Source of the DNA: Wenzhouxiangellaceae bacterium
GTDB lineage: Bacteria > Pseudomonadota > Gammaproteobacteria > Xanthomonadales > Wenzhouxiangellaceae
Direction: 5' to 3'
Length of the DNA stretch: 64,000 nt
NCBI GenBank assembly: GCA_018334995.1
Contig: JAGXKW010000003.1
Span: 35,996-99,995 of the forward strand
Shown: positions 29,135 through 39,325 of the stretch, piece by piece
How the letters are laid out: each line of letters starts with the position of its first letter
Position numbering within the stretch: the stretch's first letter is position 1
Position numbers and translations under genes: made by a program
The notes under the pieces: generated by a model
Seen by the model: only the letters and a program-made list of their open reading frames with translations
What the model was told of the DNA's origin: nothing
Databases searched by the model: none

Positions 29135-29300
29135 AGCGTCGAACGCCGATTCCCTGGCAGCGCCGCAGAGAATCAGCGGCGGCGCAAGGCCGGCAAGTCC
29201 GAAAAGCGGGATATCAAGGCGGCGCGCAAAGGCCCGGTCATCAACCCGCACGGCGCGCGGGTGATCGGGCGGGTCATCACGATGAGGATCGGATAAAGCC

Positions 29301-30188
29301 ATGGCGACGCGCAACCACAGGCTGTTGGCGAGACTGGTGCGTATACCGGTCAAGGCCGCGCGGACGATTTCGGTGCGTGCGGCCGACGACGTGGTGCTGG
29401 TGCACTGGGCCAATCGCCGCATCATCGGACGCAACTGGGGCGACAAGCTCAACCCGTTGCTGTGCCGGATGCTTTCGGGCTTCAACGTGGTGCACTGCTA
29501 CGACGTGTTCCCGGCCGTGCGCAAGCCGGTCTACTATGTGGTCGGCAGTTCGCTGGAACGTGCGCAGAAAAGGCGCGGCGTGGTCTGGGGTGCCGGCTTC
29601 ATCGATTCGGGCCAGGGTATCCGCCAGGCGCCCGGCGCCATACATGCGGTGCGCGGCCATCACTCGCGGGAAAAGTTGCGCGGCCTCGGCGTGGATTGTC
29701 CTGAAACCGTGGGCGATCCGGCGCTGCTGATGCCTCGGCTGTATGCGCCGCGGAAGCGCCGGCGCCGCTACCGCCTCGGTGTGATTGCCCACGCTTACGA
29801 GCGTGACCTCGACTGCATTGCGCCCGGGAAGCTGCCCGACGACGTACTGGATATCGACATCACCGGCGGCATTTTCGATGTCATCGATCAGGTTGCGGCC
29901 TGCGACGAGATCCTGTCCTCGTCACTCCACGGCCTGGTCTGTGCCGAGTCCTACGGCGTGCCCTCGAGATGGGTCCGGCTGTCGACCCGGCCTGCCGGCG
30001 ACGGCTTCAAGTTTCACGATTTCTATTCCGCCATCGGCAAGCGCGGCGGTACGCCGCCGGCCGTCGAATCGGCCGCGGACTGGGCGCGGCTTGCCGGCAC
30101 CAGCGCCGCTCCGGTCGCACGCGACGAGCTCGACCGGATGATCCGCGAGCTGCTCGCCGCTTGCCCGATTACGCCGCAGAACCGCTGA
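29301..30188 (+). CDS. polysaccharide pyruvyl transferase family protein
   Basis: NWGDKLNPLL (NxGDxLN motif), GAGFID, VRGHHSREKL and SSSLHGLVCAESYGVP blocks resemble PS_pyruv_trans (GumL/CsaB-like) enzymes. No other EPS genes adjacent. Confidence 0.75.
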   Translation: MATRNHRLLARLVRIPVKAARTISVRAADDVVLVHWANRRIIGRNWGDKLNPLLCRMLSGFNVVHCYDVFPAVRKPVYYVVGSSLERAQKRRGVVWGAGFIDSGQGIRQAPGAIHAVRGHHSREKLRGLGVDCPETVGDPALLMPRLYAPRKRRRRYRLGVIAHAYERDLDCIAPGKLPDDVLDIDITGGIFDVIDQVAACDEILSSSLHGLVCAESYGVPSRWVRLSTRPAGDGFKFHDFYSAIGKRGGTPPAVESAADWARLAGTSAAPVARDELDRMIRELLAACPITPQNR

Positions 30189-30319
30189 ACGCAGGATCGT
30201 TCCAGGCTTGTCGCTTCAGGATTATCGTGCGCGGATTGTCGTTGCAGGATTCGGCTGCCGCGGTTGCCGCCGATCGCGCACGATCACCGTCCCTGCGGCC
30301 CGGTTGACGGGCCGGCGCG

Positions 30320-32812
30320 TCAGCCGGGCGGGGTCGCATCCAGCAGGGGTGCCATCCGTGCGCGCGTGACCGGTTTGGTGATCCAGTCGTCGATGAGCTC
30401 GTCGTCGACCTCGGCCGGCCGCTCCGTGCCGCTGACCATGATGATCCGGCGCTGCCGTCGGCCTTGTTGTCGATCGTTCTCGCGCAGCCGACGTGCGAGT
30501 TCCAGTCCGTCCTCGCCGAACAGGCGCCGGTCGAGCAGCACGAGCTCGGGATCATGCTGCTCGATGACCGATTGCATGGACGACCAGTCGGTCGCCTCGA
30601 ATGTCTCGCAGCCGAAACTGTCGAGCACGGCGCGAATACCGGTGCGTGCGAAGCGGTCGTCGTCCACGACCAGCACGCGTCCGCACGGCGGCGGGCCATC
30701 GGACGCGGTTTGCCCGGCCGCGCGCTCGCCGGTGGGCGGCGCTGCGGCGTGCAGCGGCAGACGGATCTCGAATCGTGCGCCGCCTCTGTCTCGGTTGCAG
30801 GCCTGCATGCGCCCGCCCATGGCCTCGATGATGCGGGCGCTGATGGACAGCCCCAGGCCGCTGCCGCGCGAATCTTCCGAGCCGGCATCGCCGCGCACAT
30901 AGGGATCGAACAGTTGCTCGCCGGTGCTCCCCAGGCCGGGACCCCGGTCCTCGACCCGGATGATCAGCAAGCTGCCGTCGTCCGCCCGGTCCAGCGTGAG
31001 ATCGATGTCGTGATCACCACCGTGGCGCGCCGCGTTGACCACGAGGTTGAGCAGAATCTGCATCAGACGGTCGCGATCGGCATGAATCCACTCGGGAAGG
31101 TCGGATGCGATCGTTACGTTCAGCCTGGGCATGGCCTCGCCGAGAAAAGATTCGGTCAGCTGGCGGATGTGCTCGACGAGCTCGGCCAGGTGACAGTGCG
31201 CCTGGTTGCAGATACGCAGTCTGCCCTGTTCGAGGAGCGAAAGGTCGAGGTAGTCGTTGGCCAGGTGCTGAATCATGCGCGCAGCGGCCAGCGCGGACTG
31301 ATGGTTGGGGTCCTCGGCGCGTCGTCGGTCGGCCGAAGATCCTCGCTCTAGCAGGCCGATCAGGCCCTGCGCGGGATTCCGGATCTCGTGGCTGGTGCGC
31401 GCCAGCAGGTCGATTCGCGTCTGCTCGAGCTCTTGCTGCGCTGCGCGCTGCTCGGCGATCCTGCGGCCGCGCATCCACAGCACTGCGATCAGGACGCCCA
31501 GCACCAGGATTCCGATCACCATGATGCTGATGCGCAGCTGCTGTCTCGAGACCCGGTTCTGCAGCTGCTGCTCTTCTTCGACCAGGCGTGCCATCTCGCG
31601 CAATTGCCGTTCGCTCTGGAAAGCCGCCAGGCTGGCCTGCATGGATTCGCTGCGCTGTCGGCTGTGCGCTTCCCGGAGCAGCGACTGGGACTGGGCAATG
31701 CGGTCGTATGCTTCCGCGTGGCGCTGGTTGTCGTTCAGGCATCGGGCGAGCGCGGTAAGCGTTTCGCTCTGCTCGAACGGCGCGCCGCTTTGCTCGAACA
31801 GCGCCACCGCCTGCTCGAACCGGGCGACCGCCGGTCCGGGTCGTTCGGCACGACACAGCAGCGGTCCGAGCTGGGCAAGCGCAAACGCCTGGAAAAACAC
31901 GCTGTCGACATTCTCCGCGACGGCCACGGCGCGTCTTGCGACGGTGAACGCCGCCGCATCATCGTCGTCGAAGGCGGCGAGGCTGAGTTCGGCCATGAGC
32001 AGGGACGAGCGTGTCTCGTCGGTCAACCCTTCCGGCGCGATTGCGTGCGCCTCGGCGATGCGGTCGCGCGCCGCTTGCGGGCGCTCCTGCAGATGCGAGA
32101 TTCGCGCCAGGTTGATCAGCACGCGTGCGCGCAGATCGGAATCGTCCAGTGCGTTCGTCAGTTGCAGCGCCGATTCGGCAAAAGTCCTTGCCGACTGAAG
32201 ATCGCCCGCCCGTCCCTGCAGAGAGGAAAGCGACAGGCTCGCCCTTGCCGCAAGTCCGTCATCGCCGGTGCGCTCGGCGCGGTCGAGCAGCTTGAGATAA
32301 AGATCGGTTGCCTCGGCCGAGCGCTCCATCCTGAGCAGCGCACGCGCCATGAAGTGTTCGAGTTGCGGCAGCAATGTCTCATCTTCGGCAAGTCGTGCCG
32401 CATTGCGTCCGAGTTCGGCATGGGCCGCGGTCTCGGCCCAGAGCCCGCGTGAATGCATGTGCTCGGCCAGCGCCAGTTGGGCGCGTGCGGTGGCCAGCGT
32501 GTCGCCAGCCTCCACCGCCTTTTGCAGCATGCGCGTGGCGCGCTCCATGTAGGCCGAATCGCCGGGACGCGGCATGTCGTCTTCCTGCGCGGTGCAGGGC
32601 AGGGCGAACACCAGTGCCAGCGTCAGCAGAAGCCGGCCTGCAGCACGCCATCGGCCGGGCAAGCGTAAAGAAAAGTCAATCCAGCCCGGCCGAGCTGGCT
32701 CGCCCGGAAACCGCGGTGTAGGATATCGCATCGAAGACGCCCCGTGGAATGCCCTCGGATTCATCGCCCGGATCGATCTGACTGTTTCGTCGATCATGCT
32801 ATTGGGCCTCAT
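30320..32812 (-). CDS. hybrid sensor histidine kinase with periplasmic TPR-like sensor domain
   Basis: Signal/TM RLLLTLALVFALPCTAQ. Approx. 380 aa of helical-repeat (TPR-like) sequence. Second TM ISIMVIGILVLGVLIAVLW. H-box LLARTSHEIRNP. HATPase (DRGPGL...GSGLGLSI). C-terminal receiver (RVLVVDDDRFAR). Start uncertain (32812/32764/32731). Confidence 0.85.
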   Translation of the reverse strand: MRPNSMIDETVRSIRAMNPRAFHGASSMRYPTPRFPGEPARPGWIDFSLRLPGRWRAAGRLLLTLALVFALPCTAQEDDMPRPGDSAYMERATRMLQKAVEAGDTLATARAQLALAEHMHSRGLWAETAAHAELGRNAARLAEDETLLPQLEHFMARALLRMERSAEATDLYLKLLDRAERTGDDGLAARASLSLSSLQGRAGDLQSARTFAESALQLTNALDDSDLRARVLINLARISHLQERPQAARDRIAEAHAIAPEGLTDETRSSLLMAELSLAAFDDDDAAAFTVARRAVAVAENVDSVFFQAFALAQLGPLLCRAERPGPAVARFEQAVALFEQSGAPFEQSETLTALARCLNDNQRHAEAYDRIAQSQSLLREAHSRQRSESMQASLAAFQSERQLREMARLVEEEQQLQNRVSRQQLRISIMVIGILVLGVLIAVLWMRGRRIAEQRAAQQELEQTRIDLLARTSHEIRNPAQGLIGLLERGSSADRRRAEDPNHQSALAAARMIQHLANDYLDLSLLEQGRLRICNQAHCHLAELVEHIRQLTESFLGEAMPRLNVTIASDLPEWIHADRDRLMQILLNLVVNAARHGGDHDIDLTLDRADDGSLLIIRVEDRGPGLGSTGEQLFDPYVRGDAGSEDSRGSGLGLSISARIIEAMGGRMQACNRDRGGARFEIRLPLHAAAPPTGERAAGQTASDGPPPCGRVLVVDDDRFARTGIRAVLDSFGCETFEATDWSSMQSVIEQHDPELVLLDRRLFGEDGLELARRLRENDRQQGRRQRRIIMVSGTERPAEVDDELIDDWITKPVTRARMAPLLDATPPG

Positions 32813-32935
32813 GGCACACCTCGAATCTGCAATGATATACGATCACGTCACTTCGCTTCGTCGCCTGCAGCGCACACTGGACGAGTCGACCGGTGCCGGT
32901 GGCGGTTTCCAGCATGCAAGCGATATGCCGCCAGG

Positions 32936-33688
32936 ATGAAAGCCATGAAGAGAGACCAGGTGGAGCCGGCAAAGGATTGCGTGGTCGGGGTGATCGATGA
33001 CGACCCGGTCAATGCCGCGCTGCTGGAGGCCATGCTGGCGCGAGCCGGTTACACCGGCCTGACTTTCGCCTCGGCCGCGGACTTTCGGCGACGGTCCGGC
33101 CCCGGTTCCGTGGATCTGATCCTGCTCGACTGGGATATGCCCGGCGAATCCGGGCTCGATTTCCTGCGCCTCATGCGCGAGCAGGAGCAGATGACCACGC
33201 CGGTGATCTTCGTGACGAATTACGATCGCGACGAGCAGATCGCCCAGGGGCTCAACGCAGGCGCCGACGATTACATGACCAAGCCGGTCGAGGCAACGGT
33301 GCTGATGGCACGCATCGAGTCCGTGCTGCGGCGACTGAACCGGAACGGCGAAATCGTGGAACGCTGGCCGCCGTTCGAGTTCGACGTGTCGCAGCGCTCG
33401 CTTCGAATCGACGGAAAGTCACGCCACGCCACGAATCGTGAATTCGAACTCATGCTGTTCATGTTCCGCAGGCATGGGCGCGTGGTGACCCGCGAATCAC
33501 TGCTCACGCATGTATGGCGGTTGAGTTCCAATGTCGCGACCCGGTCAATCGATACGCATATCAGCCGGCTGCGCAAGCTGTTCGGGCTGGACGGCTCCAG
33601 CGGCTGGCGGCTGGAGGGCGTGTATCAGAAGGGGTATTGCCTCAAGCGGGTTGAAGGTTCGGAAGCTTCGCCGGATCCGGATGCATGA
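32936..33688 (+). CDS. OmpR/PhoB-family response regulator
   Basis: Start moved to ATG 32936. Receiver (VGVIDDDPVNAALLE...LILLDWDMPGESG...MTKP) plus winged-helix output (TNREFELMLFMFRRHGRVVTRESLL...RSIDTHISRLRKL). Confidence 0.88.
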   Translation: MKAMKRDQVEPAKDCVVGVIDDDPVNAALLEAMLARAGYTGLTFASAADFRRRSGPGSVDLILLDWDMPGESGLDFLRLMREQEQMTTPVIFVTNYDRDEQIAQGLNAGADDYMTKPVEATVLMARIESVLRRLNRNGEIVERWPPFEFDVSQRSLRIDGKSRHATNREFELMLFMFRRHGRVVTRESLLTHVWRLSSNVATRSIDTHISRLRKLFGLDGSSGWRLEGVYQKGYCLKRVEGSEASPDPDA

Positions 33689-34038
33689 ACGAGCGATTGC
33701 TCAACCGCGAGCAACTCGCGGAAATCCGTGCACTGGCCCGGGTTCGTCCGGAATTTCCGGAGCAGATGCTGTTGTTGTTCAGGGAGGCGGCCACCGAAGC
33801 GCTGGACGGCTGCCGGGACGCCTGGCTGGAACAGGATGCCCGGCAGCTCGAGTCGTTCGCGCATCGGCTCAAGGGCACGGCCTCCAGCTTCGGGGCGTCG
33901 CAACTCCGCGAACAGGCCGAAAGGCTCGAAACGGATGCCGGTCGTGAGGCGAGCATCCAGCGTCAACGGCTCGAAGACATCGAGCAGACCATAGAGGCCA
34001 CGTATCGCGCCTACGCGGACTGGCTGCAACGCGCCTGA
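33685..34038 (+). CDS. Hpt (histidine phosphotransfer) domain protein
   Basis: HRLKGTASSFGASQL is the canonical HxxKGxxxxxG phosphotransfer motif. ATG overlaps the regulator stop (ATGA). 117 aa. Confidence 0.8.
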   Translation: MNERLLNREQLAEIRALARVRPEFPEQMLLLFREAATEALDGCRDAWLEQDARQLESFAHRLKGTASSFGASQLREQAERLETDAGREASIQRQRLEDIEQTIEATYRAYADWLQRA

Positions 34039-34254
34039 AGCAAGTCTTGCGCGCCGTCGCGCGATCGGCGATTGCGCTGCCGCATGCAGAACGTCCCGAT
34101 CTCCGACTCGAATGCAAAGGTTTGTCAATTCCCGGTTTGTTTGCTTTTCCGTGCACTCGTCGGCCCGTAGCATTGCAATCGGCGCAAACGGCGCCAGGGC
34201 CAATCCGCGTTGCATGTTGCAGGCGGTTCGAGTTTGACAAAACGGGAATATGTT

Positions 34255-35439
34255 ATGAGCAAGGGAAGCAAGTGCAGTAGAGGTCTGAAACGGCTTTGCG
34301 CCAGCGCGCTGCTGGTCGGCGCCGCTTTGCCTGCATCGTCGCAGGAAATCGATCTGGACTTCTACGGCTACGTCATGCTGGATACGATCTACGATTTCGA
34401 TCGTGTGGACCCGGACTGGAACGACGTCCTGCGGCCCTCCAAGATTCCGGTCAACTGCCCGGGCGATGCCGGGTGTGGGACGGACGGTGAGACCATCTTC
34501 GGCATCCGGCAGACGAGGTTCGGCGTGCGCGCCGCGATACCGACCGATATCGGTGAAATCAATACCAAGCTCGAGTTCGAGCTGCTGGGCGTCGGGAACG
34601 ATGCGGGAAAGATCACCCCGCGGCTGCGCCATGCCTGGGCCGAAATCAACCAGTTCGGCGCCGGCCAGACGAACACCGTGTTCATGGACGGCGACGTTTT
34701 TCCCAACTCGATCGAATACTGGGGCCCGGTCGGCATGGTCTTCTTCCGCAACATTCAGGCGCGCTGGACGCCCCTGGCCACCGAGACTCAGCGCTTCGCG
34801 GTCGCGCTGGAGGACCCGTCGGCGGGCATCGATTCGGGCAAGGTTCCCGATATCTCGCCGGGACTCAACGTGCGTGGCAAGAACGAGCTGCCCGACCTGA
34901 CCGCCCACTGGCGGATCCAGCAGGACTGGGGGCATTTCCAGGCGGCCGGCATCCTGCGTCAGGTCGGATTCGAGGCGTTTGACGATCAGACCCAGGAATC
35001 CTTTTCCGGAGAAGAAACCGGCTATGGCATCAACCTGTCCGGATCGCTGAACACGATCGGCCGGGACCAGGTGCTGTGGCAGTTCGTCTACGGAAAGGGT
35101 ATCGGCAACTACTTCAACGATGGCGGGCCCGACCTGGCGCCCGATGCGCAGCTTCGCGCCACCGCCGTGCCCATCGTCGGCTGGCTGCTGTTCTACAACC
35201 GCTGGTGGAACGATGCATGGAGCTCGTCCATCGGCTGGAGCGAAGCCGATATCGACAACCGGGACGGGCAGGTCGACGCGGCGATCGAAAACTCCAGCTA
35301 CGGCCTCGTCAACCTGCTTCATTACCCGGCCGACAACATCATGGTCGGCGCCGAACTGCAGCACGGCGAGCTCAACCTGAACGACGGTGCCGACGGCACC
35401 GATACGCGCGTTCAAGTTTCCTTCAAATTCAGTTTCTGA
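34255..35439 (+). CDS. outer-membrane beta-barrel protein, porin-like (possibly DcaP-like)
   Basis: Start moved to ATG 34255: signal peptide MSKGSKCSRGLKRLCASALLVGAALPASSQE. Alternating amphipathic strands. C-terminal ...RVQVSFKFSF with terminal Phe. Confidence 0.75.
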   Translation: MSKGSKCSRGLKRLCASALLVGAALPASSQEIDLDFYGYVMLDTIYDFDRVDPDWNDVLRPSKIPVNCPGDAGCGTDGETIFGIRQTRFGVRAAIPTDIGEINTKLEFELLGVGNDAGKITPRLRHAWAEINQFGAGQTNTVFMDGDVFPNSIEYWGPVGMVFFRNIQARWTPLATETQRFAVALEDPSAGIDSGKVPDISPGLNVRGKNELPDLTAHWRIQQDWGHFQAAGILRQVGFEAFDDQTQESFSGEETGYGINLSGSLNTIGRDQVLWQFVYGKGIGNYFNDGGPDLAPDAQLRATAVPIVGWLLFYNRWWNDAWSSSIGWSEADIDNRDGQVDAAIENSSYGLVNLLHYPADNIMVGAELQHGELNLNDGADGTDTRVQVSFKFSF

Positions 35440-35465
35440 TACACGACTCCCACTGGAGACAAGCA

Positions 35466-36515
35466 ATGATTCAACAAAATTTCATCGCCTCGATATGGCG
35501 AGCCGCCACGGCCCTGCTCCTCGCGGTTGCCCTGGCTTCGCCGTTGCAGGCCGCCGACGTCGCATCGATGTCAGACCGCGAGATCCAGTCCGTCCTCGAC
35601 GAGGCGCTGGAAATGTTCGCGGGTGTCGATCAGGGCGCCAACGCGGACTACATCCCGGCACTGGCGGAAGTGGATTCCGACATCTTCGGCATCGCACTGG
35701 TCACCCCGAACGGACGCGTGTTCAGCGCCGGCGACATGGAGTCCGAAGTGTCCATACAGTCGATTTCCAAGGTCTTCACCATGGCGCTCGTCATGGAAGA
35801 GGAAGGCGTCGACTTCGCGCCCGAAGGCGTCGGTGTGGACGCGACCGGCCAGGTCTTCAATTCGATCGTGGCGATCGAGCAGTACAAGGGTTCCGAAATG
35901 AACCCGATGGTCAATGCCGGCGCCATCGCCACCACGAGCCGCGTTTCCGGCGATTCGCGCGACGACATATGGAACCGCATCCTCGACTTCCATTCGCGCT
36001 TCGCCGGCCGCGAGCTTGAAGTGAACGAACCGGTGTACGAGTCGGAGGCGGCCACCAACCAGCGCAACCAGGCCATCGGTCGGCTGATGTATGCCTACGG
36101 TCACATCGAATCCGACCCGGATCAGGCCACCGACATCTACACCGAGCAATGCTCGATCAACGTCAACTCGCGCGATCTCGCCGTGATGGCCGGTACGCTC
36201 GCCAACGGCGGCCTGAATCCGGTCAGCGGCCAAACCGTGATGTCGGCGGAGAACGTGCCGGAAGTGCTCGCGATCATGGCCACTGCCGGACTCTACGACG
36301 ATGCGGGCAAGTGGCTCTACCGTACCGGTCTCCCGGCCAAGAGCGGCGTCGGCGGCGGCATCGTCGCGGTGTCCCCGGGCCAGTTCGGCATTGCGGCGAT
36401 CGCGCCGCCGCTGGATGAGGCTGGAAACAGCGTGAAGTCGCAATTGGCCATCGAGTACATTTCGAAGAAGCTCGGCGGCAACCCCTACGAGGTCGAACCC
36501 GTCGAGGTAGAATAA
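35466..36515 (+). CDS. glsA: glutaminase A with Sec signal peptide
   Basis: Start moved to ATG 35466 (GGAGA upstream). MIQQNFIASIWRAATALLLAVALASPLQA-AD signal peptide. GlsA blocks ADYIPALAEVD, SIQSISKVFT, MVNAGAI, YESEAATNQRN, GVGGGIVAV. Confidence 0.92.
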   Translation: MIQQNFIASIWRAATALLLAVALASPLQAADVASMSDREIQSVLDEALEMFAGVDQGANADYIPALAEVDSDIFGIALVTPNGRVFSAGDMESEVSIQSISKVFTMALVMEEEGVDFAPEGVGVDATGQVFNSIVAIEQYKGSEMNPMVNAGAIATTSRVSGDSRDDIWNRILDFHSRFAGRELEVNEPVYESEAATNQRNQAIGRLMYAYGHIESDPDQATDIYTEQCSINVNSRDLAVMAGTLANGGLNPVSGQTVMSAENVPEVLAIMATAGLYDDAGKWLYRTGLPAKSGVGGGIVAVSPGQFGIAAIAPPLDEAGNSVKSQLAIEYISKKLGGNPYEVEPVEVE

Positions 36516-36542
36516 CCGCGGCGATCGAGCTTTGGTTATGGT

Positions 36543-36575
36543 GCCGGCCCGCGCGCAGCGGGCCGGCGCTTTTTC
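36543..36575 (+). terminator. rho-independent terminator after glsA
   Basis: GCCGGCCCGC-GCGCA-GCGGGCCGGC followed by GCTTTTT, 28 nt after the glsA stop. Confidence 0.7.
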
Positions 36576-36597
36576 GAGATAAACGAAGAGAGAGCCC

Positions 36598-38175
36598 ATG
36601 AAACCTGGTCATTCCGCAGCGGCAAACCGCCGTCGCACCGGTCGTACGCGCCTGCTTGCGCTGGCCGTTACCAGCGTGCTTGCCTGCGGTGCCGCCGTGG
36701 CGGATACGCCACCCGATACCGAAGAAATTCTTGACCGCCTCGAGGCGCTGGAGGCCCGTCAGAAGGAGCTGGAACGGGAACTCGCCGAGCGCGAGGCGCG
36801 AATCCGGGAGCTCGAAGGCGACGCGGTCGCGGAAGATCGATCGCCAGCGGAGCAGCGCCGCGAGGCGCCGGCCGGCCTGGCCGACGGATCCGGCGAGCCA
36901 GAAACCGAGATCGCGGCCGACACGAATACCGGCGGTCCGCGCACCCCGCCGGCCGTGGATCCTGCGCCCGATCGCGACAGCTACGGGGTCTTCCAACCCG
37001 GCGGACAGGGCTTCAAGCTCGTGGATACGCCGCAGGGCGACCTGAACTTCAGTGCCTGGGCATACGTTCGCTATCTCAATCAGCAGGACCTCGACGACAC
37101 CTACGTCGATGCGTTCGGCCGCGAGCGCGAGATCAACCAGCGAAACGATTTCCAGCTCAACAAGATCAACCTGTACTTCAAGGGCTGGGTATTCGACCCC
37201 GCGCTGAGATATACCTTCTACACCTGGACTTCCAACGCCAGCCAGGGCGAGTCGGCGTCGGTGGTCATCGCGGGCAACATGAGCTATCGGTTTTCCCGGG
37301 CCCTCGATCTGGGCGTGGGCATCGGCGGCCTGCCCGGCACCCGTACGCTGCGCGGTACCTTTCCCTACTGGAACAAGGTCGATCACCGCACGATCGCCGA
37401 CGAATTCTTCAGGCCCAGCTACACGTCCGGCATCTGGGCGTCGGGGGCGCTGGAGAACAACCTGAATTACCGCGTCATGGTCGGGAACAACCTCAGCCAG
37501 GTGGGCGTGAGCGCCGACCAGCTCGATGACGGCCTGAACACGTGGTCCGGCGCGCTGTGGTGGACGCCGCAGGGCGACTACGGCCCGGCCGGCGGGTACG
37601 GCGACTTCGAGTTCCACGAGAGTCCGGCCACGACCTTCGGCATCCACCTGACGCGCTCGCGCGAGGATCGCCAGAGCCAACCGGGCACCGAAGACATCGA
37701 AAACGCCCAGATTCGCCTTTCCGACGGCACCTTGCTGTTCCAGCCCGGCGCCTTCGGAACGGCAGGCCGGGTCAATCGCGCGACCTACCTGATGAGCGCG
37801 GTGGACGCCGGCTACAAGTACCGCGGCTGGTCGCTGGAAGGCGAATACTACTGGCGCTGGGTGGACGATTTCGCAACCGTCGGCGACGTACCCGTCGACG
37901 ACCTGTTCGATCACGGATTCCAGCTGCAGCTTGGCAGCATGCTGGTGCCCAAAAAGCTGCAGGCCTATGTCGCCGGGTCGCAGATCTTTGGCGAGTACGG
38001 GAACCCGTGGGATCTGTCCGGCGGACTGAACTGGTATCCCAACGAGCGCCGCCTGTTCCGCGTCAATTCGGAACTGATGTACCTCAACGATTCTCCCGTG
38101 GGCTACTCAAGCGTTCCGTTCGTGCTGGGCGGAAACGGTTTCGTGTTCCACACCAACCTCGAGATGATGTTCTGA
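36598..38175 (+). CDS. outer-membrane beta-barrel porin with N-terminal coiled coil
   Basis: Signal peptide ...LLALAVTSVLACGAAVA-D. Heptad coiled coil EEILDRLEALEARQKELERELAEREARIRELEG. Long barrel region. C-terminal ...FHTNLEMMF. Confidence 0.75.
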   Translation: MKPGHSAAANRRRTGRTRLLALAVTSVLACGAAVADTPPDTEEILDRLEALEARQKELERELAEREARIRELEGDAVAEDRSPAEQRREAPAGLADGSGEPETEIAADTNTGGPRTPPAVDPAPDRDSYGVFQPGGQGFKLVDTPQGDLNFSAWAYVRYLNQQDLDDTYVDAFGREREINQRNDFQLNKINLYFKGWVFDPALRYTFYTWTSNASQGESASVVIAGNMSYRFSRALDLGVGIGGLPGTRTLRGTFPYWNKVDHRTIADEFFRPSYTSGIWASGALENNLNYRVMVGNNLSQVGVSADQLDDGLNTWSGALWWTPQGDYGPAGGYGDFEFHESPATTFGIHLTRSREDRQSQPGTEDIENAQIRLSDGTLLFQPGAFGTAGRVNRATYLMSAVDAGYKYRGWSLEGEYYWRWVDDFATVGDVPVDDLFDHGFQLQLGSMLVPKKLQAYVAGSQIFGEYGNPWDLSGGLNWYPNERRLFRVNSELMYLNDSPVGYSSVPFVLGGNGFVFHTNLEMMF

Positions 38176-39317
38176 TGATTTCCAATTGCTTTGCCACGTT
38201 GTCGACCCGGGTCTGGCTGGCCGGCTGCGCGTTCGCGCTGGCTGCCTCCGTCGCGCATGCCGAGCCGGAAGCGCCGCTGTTCCACGATTCGCACTTCCAC
38301 CTGACCAACTACATCCAGGAGGGCGTGGACATCCAGGACTTCCTGGAACTGATGGGCGACGACGTCGGCCGCGTCGCGCTGTTCGGCATTCCGCTGCAGC
38401 AGACGTGGTCGCACGGCAACACCGGCGATTTCGCGCCCACCTACTACCTGCATACCGACGCACCGCTGTACTATTACTCCTTCACCGACGCCTACATTGC
38501 GCAGACCTACCTGTCGCTCGACCAGGCGCAGCGCGACCGGTTCGATCCCATGATTACCGGGTTCAATCCGGCCGACATGTACGGTGTGGAACACATCAGG
38601 CGCGTCCTGCACACCTTTCCCGGCGTGTTCAGCGGCATCGGCGAATTCTCGATTCACAAGGAGTTCGTGTCGTCGAAGGTGGCCGGCGAGACGGCCAGCC
38701 TCGTCGACCCGGCACTGGACCGGATCTTCGAGTTCACGGCCGAGACCGGACTGGTGTCCATCCTGCATTGCGATATCGACGTGCCCTTCGCCGACCAGAT
38801 GCAGGAACCGATCTATCTGCGCCAGATGGCGGCACTGCTGCGCCGTCATTCGGATGCGACCATCATCTGGGCACACACGGGGCTCGGGCGCGTGGTCACG
38901 CCCAAGACCTCTTCGGCCAGCGCCTCGGCGACGACCCGCAGCTCGAATCACCTGGAATACCTGAAGATGGCGCTGGCCGACGAAGGGCTGGACCACGTGT
39001 ACTTCGATATTTCCTGGGACGAAGTCGCCAAGTACATCGTCGCGTCCGAAGCCCGGATCGAGGCGATGGCGGCCATGGTCAACGCGTATCCCACGCGTTT
39101 CCTGTTCGGCACCGATGCCGTGGCGCCGCGCGAGCGCGAGAGCTACATGAAGGTCTATCGGCAGTATGCGCCGCTGTGGGATGCGCTCACGCCGGAGGCG
39201 CGGCGGCTGGTCACGCGCGGCAATTACGAGCGGGTGTTCGATCGTGCGCGCGAACGTGTTCGGGCATGGGAGCGCGAGAACGTGGCCGGTTACGGACAAG
39301 TGCAGGACAAGGGGTAG
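38175..39317 (+). CDS. exported metal-dependent amidohydrolase (amidohydrolase_2/TIM-barrel-like)
   Basis: Start moved to ATG 38175, overlapping the porin stop (TGATG). Signal peptide MISNCFATLSTRVWLAGCAFALAASVAHA-EP. Metal motif HDSHFHLTNY, later HCDID, WAHTG and FGTD blocks. Confidence 0.8.
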   Translation: MISNCFATLSTRVWLAGCAFALAASVAHAEPEAPLFHDSHFHLTNYIQEGVDIQDFLELMGDDVGRVALFGIPLQQTWSHGNTGDFAPTYYLHTDAPLYYYSFTDAYIAQTYLSLDQAQRDRFDPMITGFNPADMYGVEHIRRVLHTFPGVFSGIGEFSIHKEFVSSKVAGETASLVDPALDRIFEFTAETGLVSILHCDIDVPFADQMQEPIYLRQMAALLRRHSDATIIWAHTGLGRVVTPKTSSASASATTRSSNHLEYLKMALADEGLDHVYFDISWDEVAKYIVASEARIEAMAAMVNAYPTRFLFGTDAVAPRERESYMKVYRQYAPLWDALTPEARRLVTRGNYERVFDRARERVRAWERENVAGYGQVQDKG

Positions 39318-39325
39318 CTCCCTGA

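Noticed and set aside
29135-29300. Inverted repeats or mobile-element remnants at the two putative inversion junctions (also 47691-47834)
   Set aside because: Comparing one junction with the reverse complement of the other by eye showed no shared sequence. No transposase or integrase ORFs are nearby. The inversion therefore remains an inference from gene order only.
34234-34239. Perfect TTGACA upstream of the first barrel gene as a -35 box
   Set aside because: It lies only 16 nt before the ATG at 34255, so a -10 box would fall at or inside the start codon. No convincing -10 partner.
35076-35465. N-terminal extensions of track ORFs for glsA (35076), the amidohydrolase (37542), ribD (25040), corA (8166), the LuxR regulator (45011), the DMT transporter (48623) and others
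   Set aside because: The extensions overlap the preceding gene in another frame and translate to Arg/Pro-rich sequence. Internal ATGs with RBS give family-typical N-termini or signal peptides.
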